Origin: Lepidodermella squamata | Lineage: Eukaryota; Animalia; Gastrotricha | Direction of reading: 5' to 3' | Assembly (NCBI GenBank): GCA_047495785.1 | Contig: JBLDXI010000034.1 | Coordinates: 1,178,001 to 1,242,000 of the forward strand | DNA: 64,000 nt | Shown here: positions 12,500 to 23,752 of the stretch, piece by piece | How the letters are laid out: each line of letters begins with the position of its first letter | How positions within the stretch are numbered: position 1 is the stretch's first letter | Made by a program: the position numbers and the translations under genes | The notes under the pieces: generated by a model | Database searches by the model: none | Told to the model about the DNA's origin: nothing | The model's input: the letters and a program-made list of their open reading frames with translations, nothing else

Positions 12500-12695
12500 G
12501 CAGCAATAAAGTTTCGGGTTCTACAACACTGCCTCTCCGATGCTTTGGTACTTCTACCCGATTAACTATAACGATACATGAGATGCAGGCATAGAGAACG
12601 AAATGATCACTTCGTTCTATATATGGATGCAAGGATGATTTCAGATTCATGAGAAGAGCGAGAGATTGATGACTGCCAATCTACATCTGCTACAT

Positions 12696-12905
12696 GATAT
12701 CGCGACTTCCGCGCCAGAACAGTGTGCCGGAAATAGAAACAAGTGGCGTAAAACTAACTTTTTGCATCTCAGTCCAAGTCAGTCGCGTGCCTGATCGCTA
12801 GAAAAAAAGCTGAACACCAGTTTTTTTCTGTGCATCAAATGCATTACGCCATTTGTTTCTATTTCCGACACACTGTTCTGGCGCGGAAGTCGCGATATAA
12901 AGTGT
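12696..12905. mobile_element. MITE-like inverted-repeat element (about 200 bp)
   Basis: About 55-bp arms ATATCGCGACTTCCGCGCCAGAACAGTGT...GGCGTAA / TTACGCC...ACACTGTTCTGGCGCGGAAGTCGCGATAT. Confidence 0.7.
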
Positions 12906-13122
12906 AACAAGTAAAGAGAACGCCGATTAAGCGAAAAAAATACACGTATCAGTGGAAAAAGTCGCTTCTAGGCATGTTTGATGCTTTCACTTGAATAAAT
13001 AGGCCAAAACAAATATCAATTTTTTTCAATCACTTTTTCGCTCCACCTGTAGGCAACGCTCGAATTGGGATAGCTTTACTGGGTATCGCTTTCTGAATCA
13101 ATTAGCATTATAATTGTTCGAG

Positions 13123-14232
13123 TCACTCAAATTTCAAATAACGAAGCAATAGAGGCGGCAAAACCCTGCTTAATCCATTATCAATAGCATCGGCTCGCTT
13201 CTTGTAACCAGTCGGCAGCCGGTTGAGAATCGCCATTCTACACATGGCCTGTAGCTTCATTGGGAAAAGCTCCATAGCATGTGAAATAAAAATGTGAGAA
13301 AGCTCATTTCCAAGTAGTTTCATTTCCAAGTAGTCACCAAGGTTGAATGCCGATGTCATTCTTGCGAAGAGTAGGATTTCAAACAAGCTATCATCGATGT
13401 GATTCGGATTATTGATCCTGTCATAGGCCCATCTAGTCAATATAAAGTACGTAAAGTAGTCATCCTTAGCGCACTTTTCGCAAAGAAGGCCGGCCCTTGC
13501 TACGGTTTTGAAAAACTCGGCCACCAAACCTCTCGGGAATATTAATGCCCATGATTGTCCGAATTCGGCCGCGCAAAGAATCTTTAAAACCATGCACGAT
13601 ATCCGTGAGCGTGAATTGCCCAACCGATCCCGACAGTGAAGGGTTGTGTCGTGATGGGCTCCAGATTCGATGAGAAATCTCGCAATCTCCCAATAATCAT
13701 TGAGGTAGGCGGTACACAACAGTGAAGTTCCGCCACTTGGAAAATTCACATCCGCCCCACGGCTTACCAGAAGTTTAACCAAAGGCAGCAGCCCGTGAAC
13801 GACACTCAATCTAAGAGCTGTGTATCGACATGGATCGACGTAATTGATATTTGCCCCGTGGTCAAGTAAAATGTTGACAGTTTTGACTCGATCTTCGACT
13901 CGATAGTTATCTCGGCGTTGCCTTGGGCGATGAAGTGAAATAGATTTCAATTGATACTCCCGGATCGTTGGATCGCAAGCTGCTGTTAGGCACGTGTGGC
14001 AATTTGTTAAAATGAGAGCAAAATCTGTATGGAAAGCTTCCTGTTCCAAGTTCACAATTTTCTTTGATAACAAATAACTGAGACACTTGTGACTTGCTGC
14101 CGCGCTGACTACTCGAGCGATGACATCCTCTCCGATGATTGAAATAGCTTGTTTAAGATTATTCCTGAAGTGGGCAAGATCATCATTTTCGCAAGCTTTG
14201 GCAAATTGTCCGTAGGAGAAAACGCTGCTCAT
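13123..14232 (-). CDS. Ankyrin repeat and SOCS box protein (ASB-like), intronless, intact copy
   Basis: Start MSSVFSYGQF at 14232 (paralogs start the same way). Ankyrin motifs LLDHGANIN, LLVSRGADVN, FLIESGA. C-terminal SOCS box PMKLQAMCRMAI...LPPLLLRYLKFE. Confidence 0.85.
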   Translation of the reverse strand: MSSVFSYGQFAKACENDDLAHFRNNLKQAISIIGEDVIARVVSAAASHKCLSYLLSKKIVNLEQEAFHTDFALILTNCHTCLTAACDPTIREYQLKSISLHRPRQRRDNYRVEDRVKTVNILLDHGANINYVDPCRYTALRLSVVHGLLPLVKLLVSRGADVNFPSGGTSLLCTAYLNDYWEIARFLIESGAHHDTTLHCRDRLGNSRSRISCMVLKILCAAEFGQSWALIFPRGLVAEFFKTVARAGLLCEKCAKDDYFTYFILTRWAYDRINNPNHIDDSLFEILLFARMTSAFNLGDYLEMKLLGNELSHIFISHAMELFPMKLQAMCRMAILNRLPTGYKKRADAIDNGLSRVLPPLLLRYLKFE

Positions 14233-14544
14233 TTTAGTAGGACTTAATGATTTTAGCTTATGAAAGAGAAATACAAGCTGATAAGGAACACGCGATAAGA
14301 AGCAAGAATGAAATTGAACTAATCGGTTCATTTGCTTGTCTTTTCAACAGTTTCGGCAGCATTTTCTATCTTTCAAAAGTAGCGAGAGAGTTTATTAACT
14401 CTATTTGAACCATTTCGATTCATTTATTTTATCTGCTGGACTTTAGTTAAAGCATGAGAGAACACTTTCTCAGCGAAATCGGCTATGCAATCCCCACTGC
14501 GTCTTCCAAAAGTAACTCATCCACAGATGTAATACGCAGAAAAA

Positions 14545-14623
14545 GGGAGAAATCCTGTTGAAAATGGGAAATCTCAGATTTAGTAGGTCCCTTCAGGGAA
14601 AATACCTATATTGCGGTTTTCCC
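14545..14623. promoter_or_regulatory. Cluster of four NF-kB/Rel-like sites upstream of the ASB gene
   Basis: GGGAGAAATCC (14545), GGGAAATCTC (14566), GGGAAAATACC (14596) and GGTTTTCCC (14615) within 80 bp; all are near-consensus only. Confidence 0.3.
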
Positions 14624-14631
14624 AGTAAATT

Positions 14632-14786
14632 CAGTGCTCCGCGTACGGGGGGTAAGGGGGGTAAACAACCCCCTTTGGCGTTCGAAAATTTCTGAAAAAC
14701 GTAAGGGTCCTCCCTGTTGATTTGCAAATTTTGGGGTCAAAATGCTCGATTTACCCCCCTCAGAGCTGGACCTAGTCGGAACCCTG
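14632..14786. mobile_element. hAT-type MITE (155 bp), copy 1
   Basis: Imperfect TIR CAGTGCTCCG/CGGAACCCTG; 8-bp TSD AGTAAATT on both sides; near-identical copy at 49926-50079. Confidence 0.88.
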
Positions 14787-14907
14787 AGTAAATTTTAAAT
14801 TTCTTCAGAGACATTGCGAGTTACTTTTGAAAGCATGAGACACTTTTAGAAAGTGTTTACGACTGATAGTACACACAGCAGAACCGATGAAAAGCGCAGA
14901 AAAGAAT

Positions 14908-14980
14908 GGGTCCGGACTTGGATTCGATCCCGGGAACTCCTGGCCGGGGAGACCGAGGCTGAACCACTAAGCCACCGAAC
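14908..14980 (-). ncRNA. tRNA-derived sequence (SINE head or pseudo-tRNA)
   Basis: Minus strand shows A box TGGCTTAGTGG and B box GATCGAATCC with tRNA spacing; stems imperfect. Confidence 0.5.
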
Positions 14981-15209
14981 TACCCTAATCTGGCGCTTTC
15001 ATTCAGTGTTACGTTCTTTGAACGATTTTTGAGCTAAGGACCACAAAGAGCAACTACTAGCTCGTAGCTCGTTTTTTGCCCCTCAATACGAGCGGAACCG
15101 ACAGAGAGTCCAGTGGCAAAAAACGAGCTAGCAGTGGCTCGTTGGGGTACTTAGCTCAAAAATCGTTCAAATGAACGTAACACTGTACGAAAGCGCCAGA
15201 TTAGGGTAG
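14979..15209. mobile_element. Hairpin MITE (about 230 bp)
   Basis: About 85-bp inverted arms CTACCCTAATCTGGCGCTTTC... / ...GAAAGCGCCAGATTAGGGTAG. Confidence 0.75.
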
Positions 15210-15416
15210 CCAGGCCGGATTGCGTCTGCGGCTTCGCGAATCGACTTCAAATCGCGCAGAGGAATGACGGCAGTTGATATTTCCTTTTCTTCTAACACGA
15301 ATTTATTCAACCGATCGCCATCAGGTGCACCATTCATTCTTATAGAATATAGATAAAATTAAAATATAGATAAAAATATCATACCCGATGACGAAGAGCA
15401 TTCCCCACTTCGCCAT
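15208..15416 (-). pseudogene. Truncated Pellino duplicate (exon 1 and part of exon 2, with its upstream region to about 15680)
   Basis: MAKWGMLFVIG and RMNGAPDGDRLNKFVLEEKEISTAVIPLRDLKSIREAADAI match the intact gene; the copy ends at the hairpin MITE. Confidence 0.85.
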
Positions 15417-16225
15417 TTCAGGAAGCTTTTCTTACGCATAACGTATATTTAATATTATGCTTTGTGGTTTTACGCTTTCAGTCATAGTGACAAAAATAAA
15501 AATCTTATCAAAGTTGAACTAGATAAGCTTAGGACGTATATTCTCCAGGAAAGGTGAGCACGTTTACAAGATGATATGGTGCGCAGAAAGATAAGTCGGA
15601 AATAGCGCAATTTTTTAGCTATAACTATTTATATGCAGCTCTACTCAAAATGAGTCAGCAGCAGTAAAATTGAGGGTTTTAACAGAACATCAGAGAGCGG
15701 AACAACCAGGTAGGATAGCGAAGCTGGTTAGGATAAGAAAAATCAACAAAAACGAGCGGCGAGCAATAGTAGGACAGCTGGAAACTGTCTAGTGCCCCGC
15801 CATCAGAAGCGCCTCCGAAAACCGGAGCCCTGACCCCGCTTAGCACGAATGTGGGGTCTCGAAATTAACACGAAATGCTGGGATCTACCTGAGAAAAAAA
15901 GAGAATACTCCATCTTGAAATTGATGGCTGCTGATAATAGCAGACAACGGGACTCATTCTGAAATCACGGAGAAAATCGATACATAGATTAAATGTAAAG
16001 TGTAAGATGAACGCGTAAAAGTGGAAAATCACTTCTAAGCATGTTTGATGGTTTTACTTGAATTAATCGGTCATCAAAGAAACAAATTGATCAATACAAA
16101 CGTCATTTTGTCTATGACTACTTTTAGGTCAATTCTTCGCACAACTTGCAGGCAACAATCGAATTGGGATAGTTTCAATACGTGGAATCATTTTCAGAAT
16201 CAATTTGTATCATAATTTTTTCGAG

Positions 16226-18452
16226 TCACTCAAATTTCAAATATCGAAGCAAGACAGGCGGTAAAGCGCCGCTTAATCCATTATCTATAGCATCAGGTCG
16301 TTGTTTGCATCCAGTCGGCAGCCGGTTGAGAATCGCCATTCTACACATGGCCTGTAGCTTCATTGGGAAAAGCTCCATAGCATGTGACGTAAAAATGATG
16401 GAAAAGTTATCTCTGGGTAGCGGCCTTAAATAGCCATCCAGGTAAAATGCCGATGTCATTCTTGCGAAGAGTAGGATTTCAAACAAGCTATCATCGATGT
16501 GATTCGGATTATTCTTCCTGTCATAGGCCCATCTAGTCAATATAAGGTACGTAAAGTAGTCATCCTTAGCGCACTTTTCGCAAAGAAGGCCGGCCCTTGC
16601 CACAGTTTTGAAAAACTCGGCCTTCATACCTCTCGGGAATATAAATGCCCATGATTGTCCGAATTCGGCCGCGCAAAGAATCTTTAAAACCATGCACGAT
16701 ATCCGTGAGCGTGAATTGCCCAACCGATCCCGACAGTGAAGGGTTGTGTCGTGATGGGCTCCAGATTCGATGAGAAATCTCGTCGCTCCCCTCCCAACAC
16801 AATGTAATCGGGCATGCGAAGAAAACTTTCAACCATGCATGGTGATACCCGTTGCAACCCAAGGCGCAACGAATCCGCAGGGCGATGGGTTGTGTCGAGA
16901 TGCGCTCCAGATTCGATGAGAAATTTTTCGATATCCCAGCAATCATTCTGGAAGGCGGAAGACAAAACAGATATCCAGGAAATTTCGACATTCACATTCG
17001 CCCCTCTTCTTACTAGAAGCTCAACCAAAGGAATCAACCTGTTTATAACACAACATTTTAGAGCTGAGCTTACGTACCAGCAGACGAAATCGATATCAGC
17101 ACCGTGGTCTAGTAAAATATTGACAGTTTTGATCCGATCTTCGATACGGTTGTATCTCGGTGTTGCCTTGGGTGATCAGATGAAATTAATTGTAATTAGA
17201 GATGTTCCGGTTCCATTTTTAATCTGTCCGGTTCGGTTCGGTTCGGTTCCGAAATTTTTGAGAAGTAACCCGGTTATTTCGGTTTAACCGGCGGTTAACC
17301 GCGGGTTCCGCTATGTTTAAGATGGAATCGATCATTCATAATTAATAACCGATAATCGATAATCGATAATCGATACTCGATAATCCGTTGCTCAGACGAA
17401 GAAACAAACGGTCCCAGCGTCTTCAGCATGAAATTCTACCCCGGACTATAAATTTTTAGCATTGTTGGACAATTACAACTCGAGATATCGTAAAATCAGT
17501 GTTACTTCCGATCCCAATTAAGCTAGCGGAAAACTTTTTTTGTATTTAATTTTTCAAAGAAGAACGGCAAAACCGCTTCCTTTCATGTCGAAATCCCCCT
17601 TAGAAACCCCGGACGGGTGAATTTGGGACGAGGACTCGGAATCTTTTTTCAGAATTTTTATAGCTATCATGGTTATCGAGATAATTAGGGGTCATAAATT
17701 AATTTATTGCTTTATTGCCGGGATGCTCTGAATTTTATTTTTGTCTCAAATACCTTTTGTGATACATCGTCTAGACCAGAATTTCACGAGGAATCGAATG
17801 GCTGCGTTAGTTTTGCTCTGGCGATCATTGGTAAAAAGGAATTAACGTTTAAATTGATGCGAAAATCCAATTTTTCAAAAAAATATTCTTACCTTTTTCT
17901 GCCCACATGGTCACCTCTATTAACTAAATCTTAGCTTCATAGTGACAGCATTGAATAATGTAGCTGTAACACATATAGTGAAACCTTGGAATATCTACGA
18001 TGAAAAACACAAATTACTGCTGGTCCAGCTATGTATAGCTAAAACGCGAACCGGCGGTTAACCGGCGGTTTTTGAGGCTGAAAAAAAGTGGAACCGGGCG
18101 GTTTCGGTTCGAAAAAACCGGGTTCAACCCGGTTAGAACCGGCGGTTTTTTGGAACCGGAACATCTCTAATTGTAATAGAGGCTCCCGGATCGTTGGGTC
18201 GCAAGCTGCTGTTAGGCACGTGCGGCGATCTTTTGTATCGGCATCTAATCGGGGAGAAGGTAATTCCAAATTCACCTTTCTCTTTGATAACAAATAACTG
18301 AGACACTTGTGACTTGCTGCCGCGCTCACCACTCGAGCGATGACATCATCTTCGATCTTCGACATAGCATCTTCGAGATAAGACGAGAAGTAGTCAAGGT
18401 CGTCATCTTCGCAAGCTTGGGCGAATTCTCTGTAGCTGAAACCGCTTTTCAT
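16226..18452 (-). pseudogene. ASB-like paralog 2, disrupted by a hAT insertion and an internal chimeric junction
   Basis: N-terminus MKSGFSYREFAQAC (18452); hAT insert 17197-18169; frame break near 16780; SOCS box C-terminus in ORF 16226..16723. Confidence 0.85.
17197..18169. mobile_element. Non-autonomous hAT element (973 bp)
   Basis: TIR TAGAGATGTTCCGGTTCCA / TGGAACCGGAACATCTCTA; 8-bp TSD ATTGTAAT (17189-17196, 18170-18177); AACCG/CGGTT subterminal repeats. Confidence 0.92.
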
Positions 18453-20147
18453 TTTTGAAGCTCGTCACGGCTTGATATTAGCTTGGGATATATGAATACA
18501 ACCTGATAAGGAACACGCGATATGCAGCTAGAAGACAATTTAACTGCCGTATTACTGCCCGAAAGGTTAGTCAGCCTCGTATAAAAGTCGGTCTCAAATA
18601 TAAGACGGGGTTCAAAGGTCATTCAAAATAATAAAGGTCAGGTCTAGCATGCCTGTATCATTATTTCCATATTTATTGATAAAATACGAATTCAGGGTGC
18701 GAGCTTGAATCCCGGAGCTGCCGGAGATGGATACTTTTTCGGTGCTGTTTTGACTAGTCATTTAAACTCAAAAGCGAATGGAGAAAATGTTGAAGATTTC
18801 CCACCAAAACACTCCCCAAAACCCTTCACAATTAACGAAACAGTGGGTTAAATTCTCGTGTTGTTGTCTGGGCCGGCATCGCTTTTTCCCCGCGTTGAAA
18901 ATCCGAGCATATGACGATCCATTTCGAGGCACTGTGAATCGAAACATCGAATGATTGGGAAATGTATCGAATGAGTGCGATAAACACATCTATCGCAAAA
19001 GTTTTGCTCGATGTTACGTGTTAGCACGGGTTGGTTGGCTATCATCTCGAGCTCTTGGTTTTCAAAATTTACCACTGCCAAAAAGGAGTAAACACTGATC
19101 TAGAGACGTGTTAATACTTTTTTTTCCAAAAAATATCAGGAGTTTACTCATTCGGTCTAGCACGAGTTGGTCCGGTAGCTAAAGGGTTACAGTTACATTT
19201 AATGTGAACACGTTAAACTTGCATTCAAGATTAAGTCCGAAGTTTAGGCAATCAATCCAATATTTTTTAAAAATCGAGGTGAGCTCGGAAAATTCCAGGT
19301 AAAATCCTGGGGCTTCACATCTGTATCCCACGGCTACCAGCATTTTTTCATCAATTTATGAGCTTACCTTGATTTTCTCTAAATCCTGAAAAACAAGCCC
19401 AAACTTGGTTAAAACCCGAATTGGAATGTCCAACGGCCACGAATACCCGCAACACGCGTTACGACGGGATGGTAGCGGTTAAAACCGTTGAGAAAAGGGG
19501 TAGGGGTATAGTTACGCTGAATTCGACTGAACGCAATGAAAAGAAACGGTAGACCGTTAATCCAGCAGGCAATCAGTTAAAAGTTGAAGTTTGATAAAGA
19601 AGTAATCAGTCATCGGTAAATTTTATTTTAATTAGGAGTGCATTGTCTGCCGAGTACTTATCGATGGTGGACGGTTTCGGAAGACGCGGAAGTGACGATT
19701 CTTCTCCCGGTCCGTGTTTCTCAGCTCGCTCGCGTAGAAGTTGTTTTGATAGAAAAATGTTTTCGGCCCGTCCGCACAGACCGCACGGACCGGTTTTTTA
19801 TTCGCGTCGCTCGTGATGCCCGCGGGAGAAAAAATCCGGGGAATATAAATAGGAATCGCACGCCCGCATAGCCTGGATGTTTTATTGTTCTCCCGTACAC
19901 CGTACAATCCGCCGTATCTCCCCGGGCGCAACGGGGAATAAAAAAACCCATAGTGTAACGCGTAAAATGAACGCCGATAGCGAACATGTAAGCGTAAAAG
20001 CAGAGAAAGCCGGTTCTGAGCTTGGTTGATGATTTTAGATTTTACTTGATTTTACTGGGTCCAAAATAGTCCAAAAGCATTTTCCTTTCCTTAGTTTCAA
20101 TACGTGGAATCATTTTCAGAATCAATTTGTATCATAATTTGTTCGAG

Positions 20148-20311
20148 TCACTCAAATTTCGAATAGCGGAGCAAGACAGGCGGTAAAACGCCTTTTAGTC
20201 TATTATCAATAGCATCGGCTCGCTTCTTGTAACCAGTCGGCAGGCGGGTGAGAATCGCCATTCTATACATGGCCTGTAGCTTCATCGGGAAAAGCTCCAT
20301 AGCATGTGACA
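20148..20311 (-). pseudogene. ASB SOCS-box 3' fragment
   Basis: Matches the C-terminal coding region and stop of the ASB copies; flanking 3' sequence resembles that of paralog 2. Confidence 0.75.
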
Positions 20312-20519
20312 TCACGCCGATTAAGCGAAAAAAAAATACACGTATCAGTGGAAAAAGTGGCTTCTAGGCATGTTTGATGCTTTCACTTGAATGAATAGGC
20401 CAAAACAAATATCAATTTTTTTTCAATCACTTTTTCGCTCCACCTGTAGGCAACGCTCGAATTGGGATAGCTTTACTGGGTGTCGCTTTTTGAATCACTT
20501 AGCATTATAATTGTTCGAG

Positions 20520-21670
20520 TCACTCAAATTTCAAATATCGAAGCAATAGAGGCGGCAAAACCCTGCTAAATCCATTATCAATAGCATCGGCTCGCTTCTT
20601 GTAACCAGTCGGCAGCCGGTTGAGAATCGCCATTCTACACATGGCCTGTAGTTTCATCGGGAAAATCGTCGGGGCTCCATAGCATGTGAAATAAAAATGT
20701 GAGAAAGCTCATTTCCAACAGCACCAAATAGTTTCATTTCCAAGTAATCACCAAGGTTGAATGACGATGTCATTCTTGCGAAGAGTAGGATTTCAAACAA
20801 GCTATCATCGAGGTGATTCGGGTTATTCTTCCTGTCATAGGCCCATCTAGTCAATATGAGGTACGTAAAGTAGTCATCCTTAGCGCACTTTTCGCAAAGA
20901 AGGCCGGCCCTTGCACGGTTTTGAAAAACTCGGCCTCCAAACCTCTCGGGAATCTTAATTCCCATGAATGTCCAAATTGCCCCTCAGCGAATTCAGCCGC
21001 GCAAAGAATCTTTAAAACCATGCACGATATCCGTGAGCGTGAATTGCCCAACCGATCCCGACAGTGAAGGGTTGTGTCGTGATGGGCTCCAGATTCGATG
21101 AGAAATCTCGTCGCTATCTCCCAATAATCATTGAGGTAGGCGATATACAAAAGAAACGATCCGTCACTCGGGATATTCAGATCCGCCCCACGGCTTACCA
21201 GAAGTTCAACCAAAGGCAGCAGCCCATGACCGACACTCAATTTTAGTGCTGTGTATTGACATGGGTCAACGTAATTGATATTAGCTCCGTGGTCTAGTAA
21301 TCGTTGACAGTTTTTACTCGATCTTCGACTCGATCGCTATCTCGGCGTTGCCTTGGGTGATGAAGTGAAACAGATTTCAATTGATGCTCCCGGACCGTTG
21401 GATCGCAAGCTGCCGTTAGGCACGTGTGACCATTTGTTAAAATGAGAGCAAAATCTTTATGGAAAGCTTGCTGTTCCAAATTCACCTTTCCTTTGATAAC
21501 AAATAACTGAGACACTTGTGACTTGCTGCCGCGCTGACTACTCGAGCGATGACATCCTCTCCGATGATTGAAATAGCTTGTTCAAGATTATTCCTGAAGT
21601 GGGCAAGATCATCATCTTCGCAGGCTTGGGCAAATTACCTGTAGGAGAAAACAGAGAAAACGCTGCTCAT
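20520..21670 (-). pseudogene. ASB-like paralog 3, frameshifted
   Basis: Colinear with 13123-14232 but broken into ORFs 21294..21515, 20851..21240 and 20654..20965; downstream 20315-20520 matches 12920-13122. Confidence 0.88.
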
Positions 21671-22229
21671 TTTTGAGGGACTTAATGATGTTAGTTTATG
21701 AAAGAGGAATACAAACTGATAAGGAAGCAAGAAGAAAATTGAACTAATCGGTGAGTGCATTGATTTGCATTTTCAACAGAGTTGTTTCTATTTTTCAAAA
21801 TTAACTCGAAATTTCTCTGAAGAAAATTACAATTTACTCGATAAATATCGGGATTTTCTTAAGGAACCTAAATTCTCCGAGTTTTCAACAGGATGTCTCC
21901 TTTTTCTGCGTATTCTATCTATCGGTGAGTTACATTTGGAGTTTACAATCATTATTTCCAATCTCAATGATATACCCATGGCATACCCCATTTAAACAAG
22001 AGAATCAACTTTTCTTAGCTCTCGATTGTGTCAAAACCCTCGCAAGCAAAAAAAAGCAGCTAGTGAGCTTAACACAAGAACCCCAAATTATATATTAGAC
22101 CCTCCCCAAGTTCAGTGATCTTTGTAACAGGCTCTCTTGAATCCAATGTAAGTATTAGGGAGGTTCAGTCGTATTCAAATATCGAAGCAAGACAGGCGGC
22201 AAAACACCGTTCAATCCATCATCTACAGC

Positions 22230-23013
22230 ACCGGCGCGTTTCTTGCCAGCTACCTCGCCCTCGTCCGCTCGATCGCTTCCTTCGGCTGCGTCGCCTTTTC
22301 GTCCGCTGCCAAGCAACAGTTGCGCCGCCTCGACGTTCTCCAGAATAAGTGCCTGCGTGCCATGCTTAACGTACGCCTCGCTGACCGTGTTCGTATCACC
22401 GAACTCGAGCGGCGCTGTCGCCTGCCTAGCCTCTTAGAGTTTTTCCGCCAGGTTCAAGCACGCTACGCAGAGAATGCTTGCAGATATGTCCTGCCACTTG
22501 GCGAGCAGATCGAAAGCGTCCGCTTACGACCGCCGACGACGATGAAGTCGCCATTCATTCTCCATGACCGCCTGTCGTCGGGCCCGCTCCCTGTCTTCGT
22601 GACTTGATCTCCTTCTCCTCCTTCTCTCCGCCACAGTCCTTATGTTACGCCCTTTTCTTTCCGTTTCTTTTTTCTAACTGTTTATGTTATATCCGCTTAT
22701 AATTCATGTCTGCGGTCTCCTGTTCCGCCGTGCTTCAAGTTTATTTCTGTCTTCTCACCTCATCTACCACTAGCATTCCTCTTATCCTTCACCTTCTCCT
22801 TGACCGTTAAACCTTACGCAGCCAATAATTTCGCTCATTTGCCTCCCCAATAGTGTAGTCCGTGCACTGTCTAAGACAAGCGCGTGTCCCTGTTGTGCCG
22901 GCGCCTTATTTGTCATGTCTGTTTGTTGTTGTTGGTTTTATTTTGCTTTAAAATTTATTAACTGTACATGTCGGATGAGGACAATAAAAAAGATTTTCGT
23001 TCGTTCGTTCGTT
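22230..23013 (+). mobile_element. 5'-truncated non-LTR retrotransposon 3' end (Jockey/I-like) inserted in an ASB fragment
   Basis: ORF2 C-terminal-like RRLDVLQNKCLRAMLNV...RITELERRCRLPSL; pyrimidine-rich 3' UTR; AATAAA then (TTCG)4 tail at 22996-23011; ASB remnant at about 22165-22229 abuts it. Confidence 0.7.
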
Positions 23014-23752
23014 GTCGTTTCGAAGAATCCAGTTCTGCCCCGCGGCAAATAGTATTACGCATTTTACGATAGGTACTGCCGTTGCGTGTGAAAAGGTTAC
23101 CCCGGCGCTACCACGGCGATACTACAATCGTTCAATTCGTGCCTCGTTCAATGCCGTAAATTGGGTGAAATTCACGAAAGAAAGAGGCAAGATTGCTTAC
23201 AAATTATTTCAAGTTTCATATTATTTTGTGAAACTCTGTGATATCAGATGCGTAAGTTCGCCAAAATCAATATTACCTGATCAATTTCGCAATAAAAATA
23301 ATCAGAGCTTGAAAACTTGCAGAGATGACGCACCAGGTGCGTAGGAAATTTTGGGAAAAGTAGGCAATTTTGGCTTGGGAAACAGTCAAAAGTTGAAGAA
23401 AGTGGTAGTTTAGTAGGAAATTTCAAAATCGGCGCGTAGAATCCCGCAGGTTTACCAGCTCTGAAAATAATTAATGAAAAATGAAGCTAATAGGTTTGTG
23501 AATCTCCGTTGAATTTCAAGAATTCTTTCAAAAATTATTTTCACATTATGGATTATACTTTCTTAATGCTCCATTGAAGAAACTCACTATAGCTATAACC
23601 CCAACCACAGCTCATTAATTTTGACTGGGGAAATCATGAATATGCAAATGAGGGCACTGGTTAGCAGTAATTTCATCGAATGACCCGGATGTATGGGTTT
23701 TTTCAATAATATAATTATTTCTTCATAGCCTAAAGGCCCATATGCCGGCTGT

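Noticed and set aside
14233-14331. N-terminal extension of the 402-aa ASB ORF
   Set aside because: Paralogs begin at the MSSVFS/MKSGFS methionine and do not keep the upstream frame.
18500-20090. Short ORFs (19632..19987 and neighbours) and TATAAGACG-type motifs
   Set aside because: No recognisable domain or defined termini; probably TE debris.
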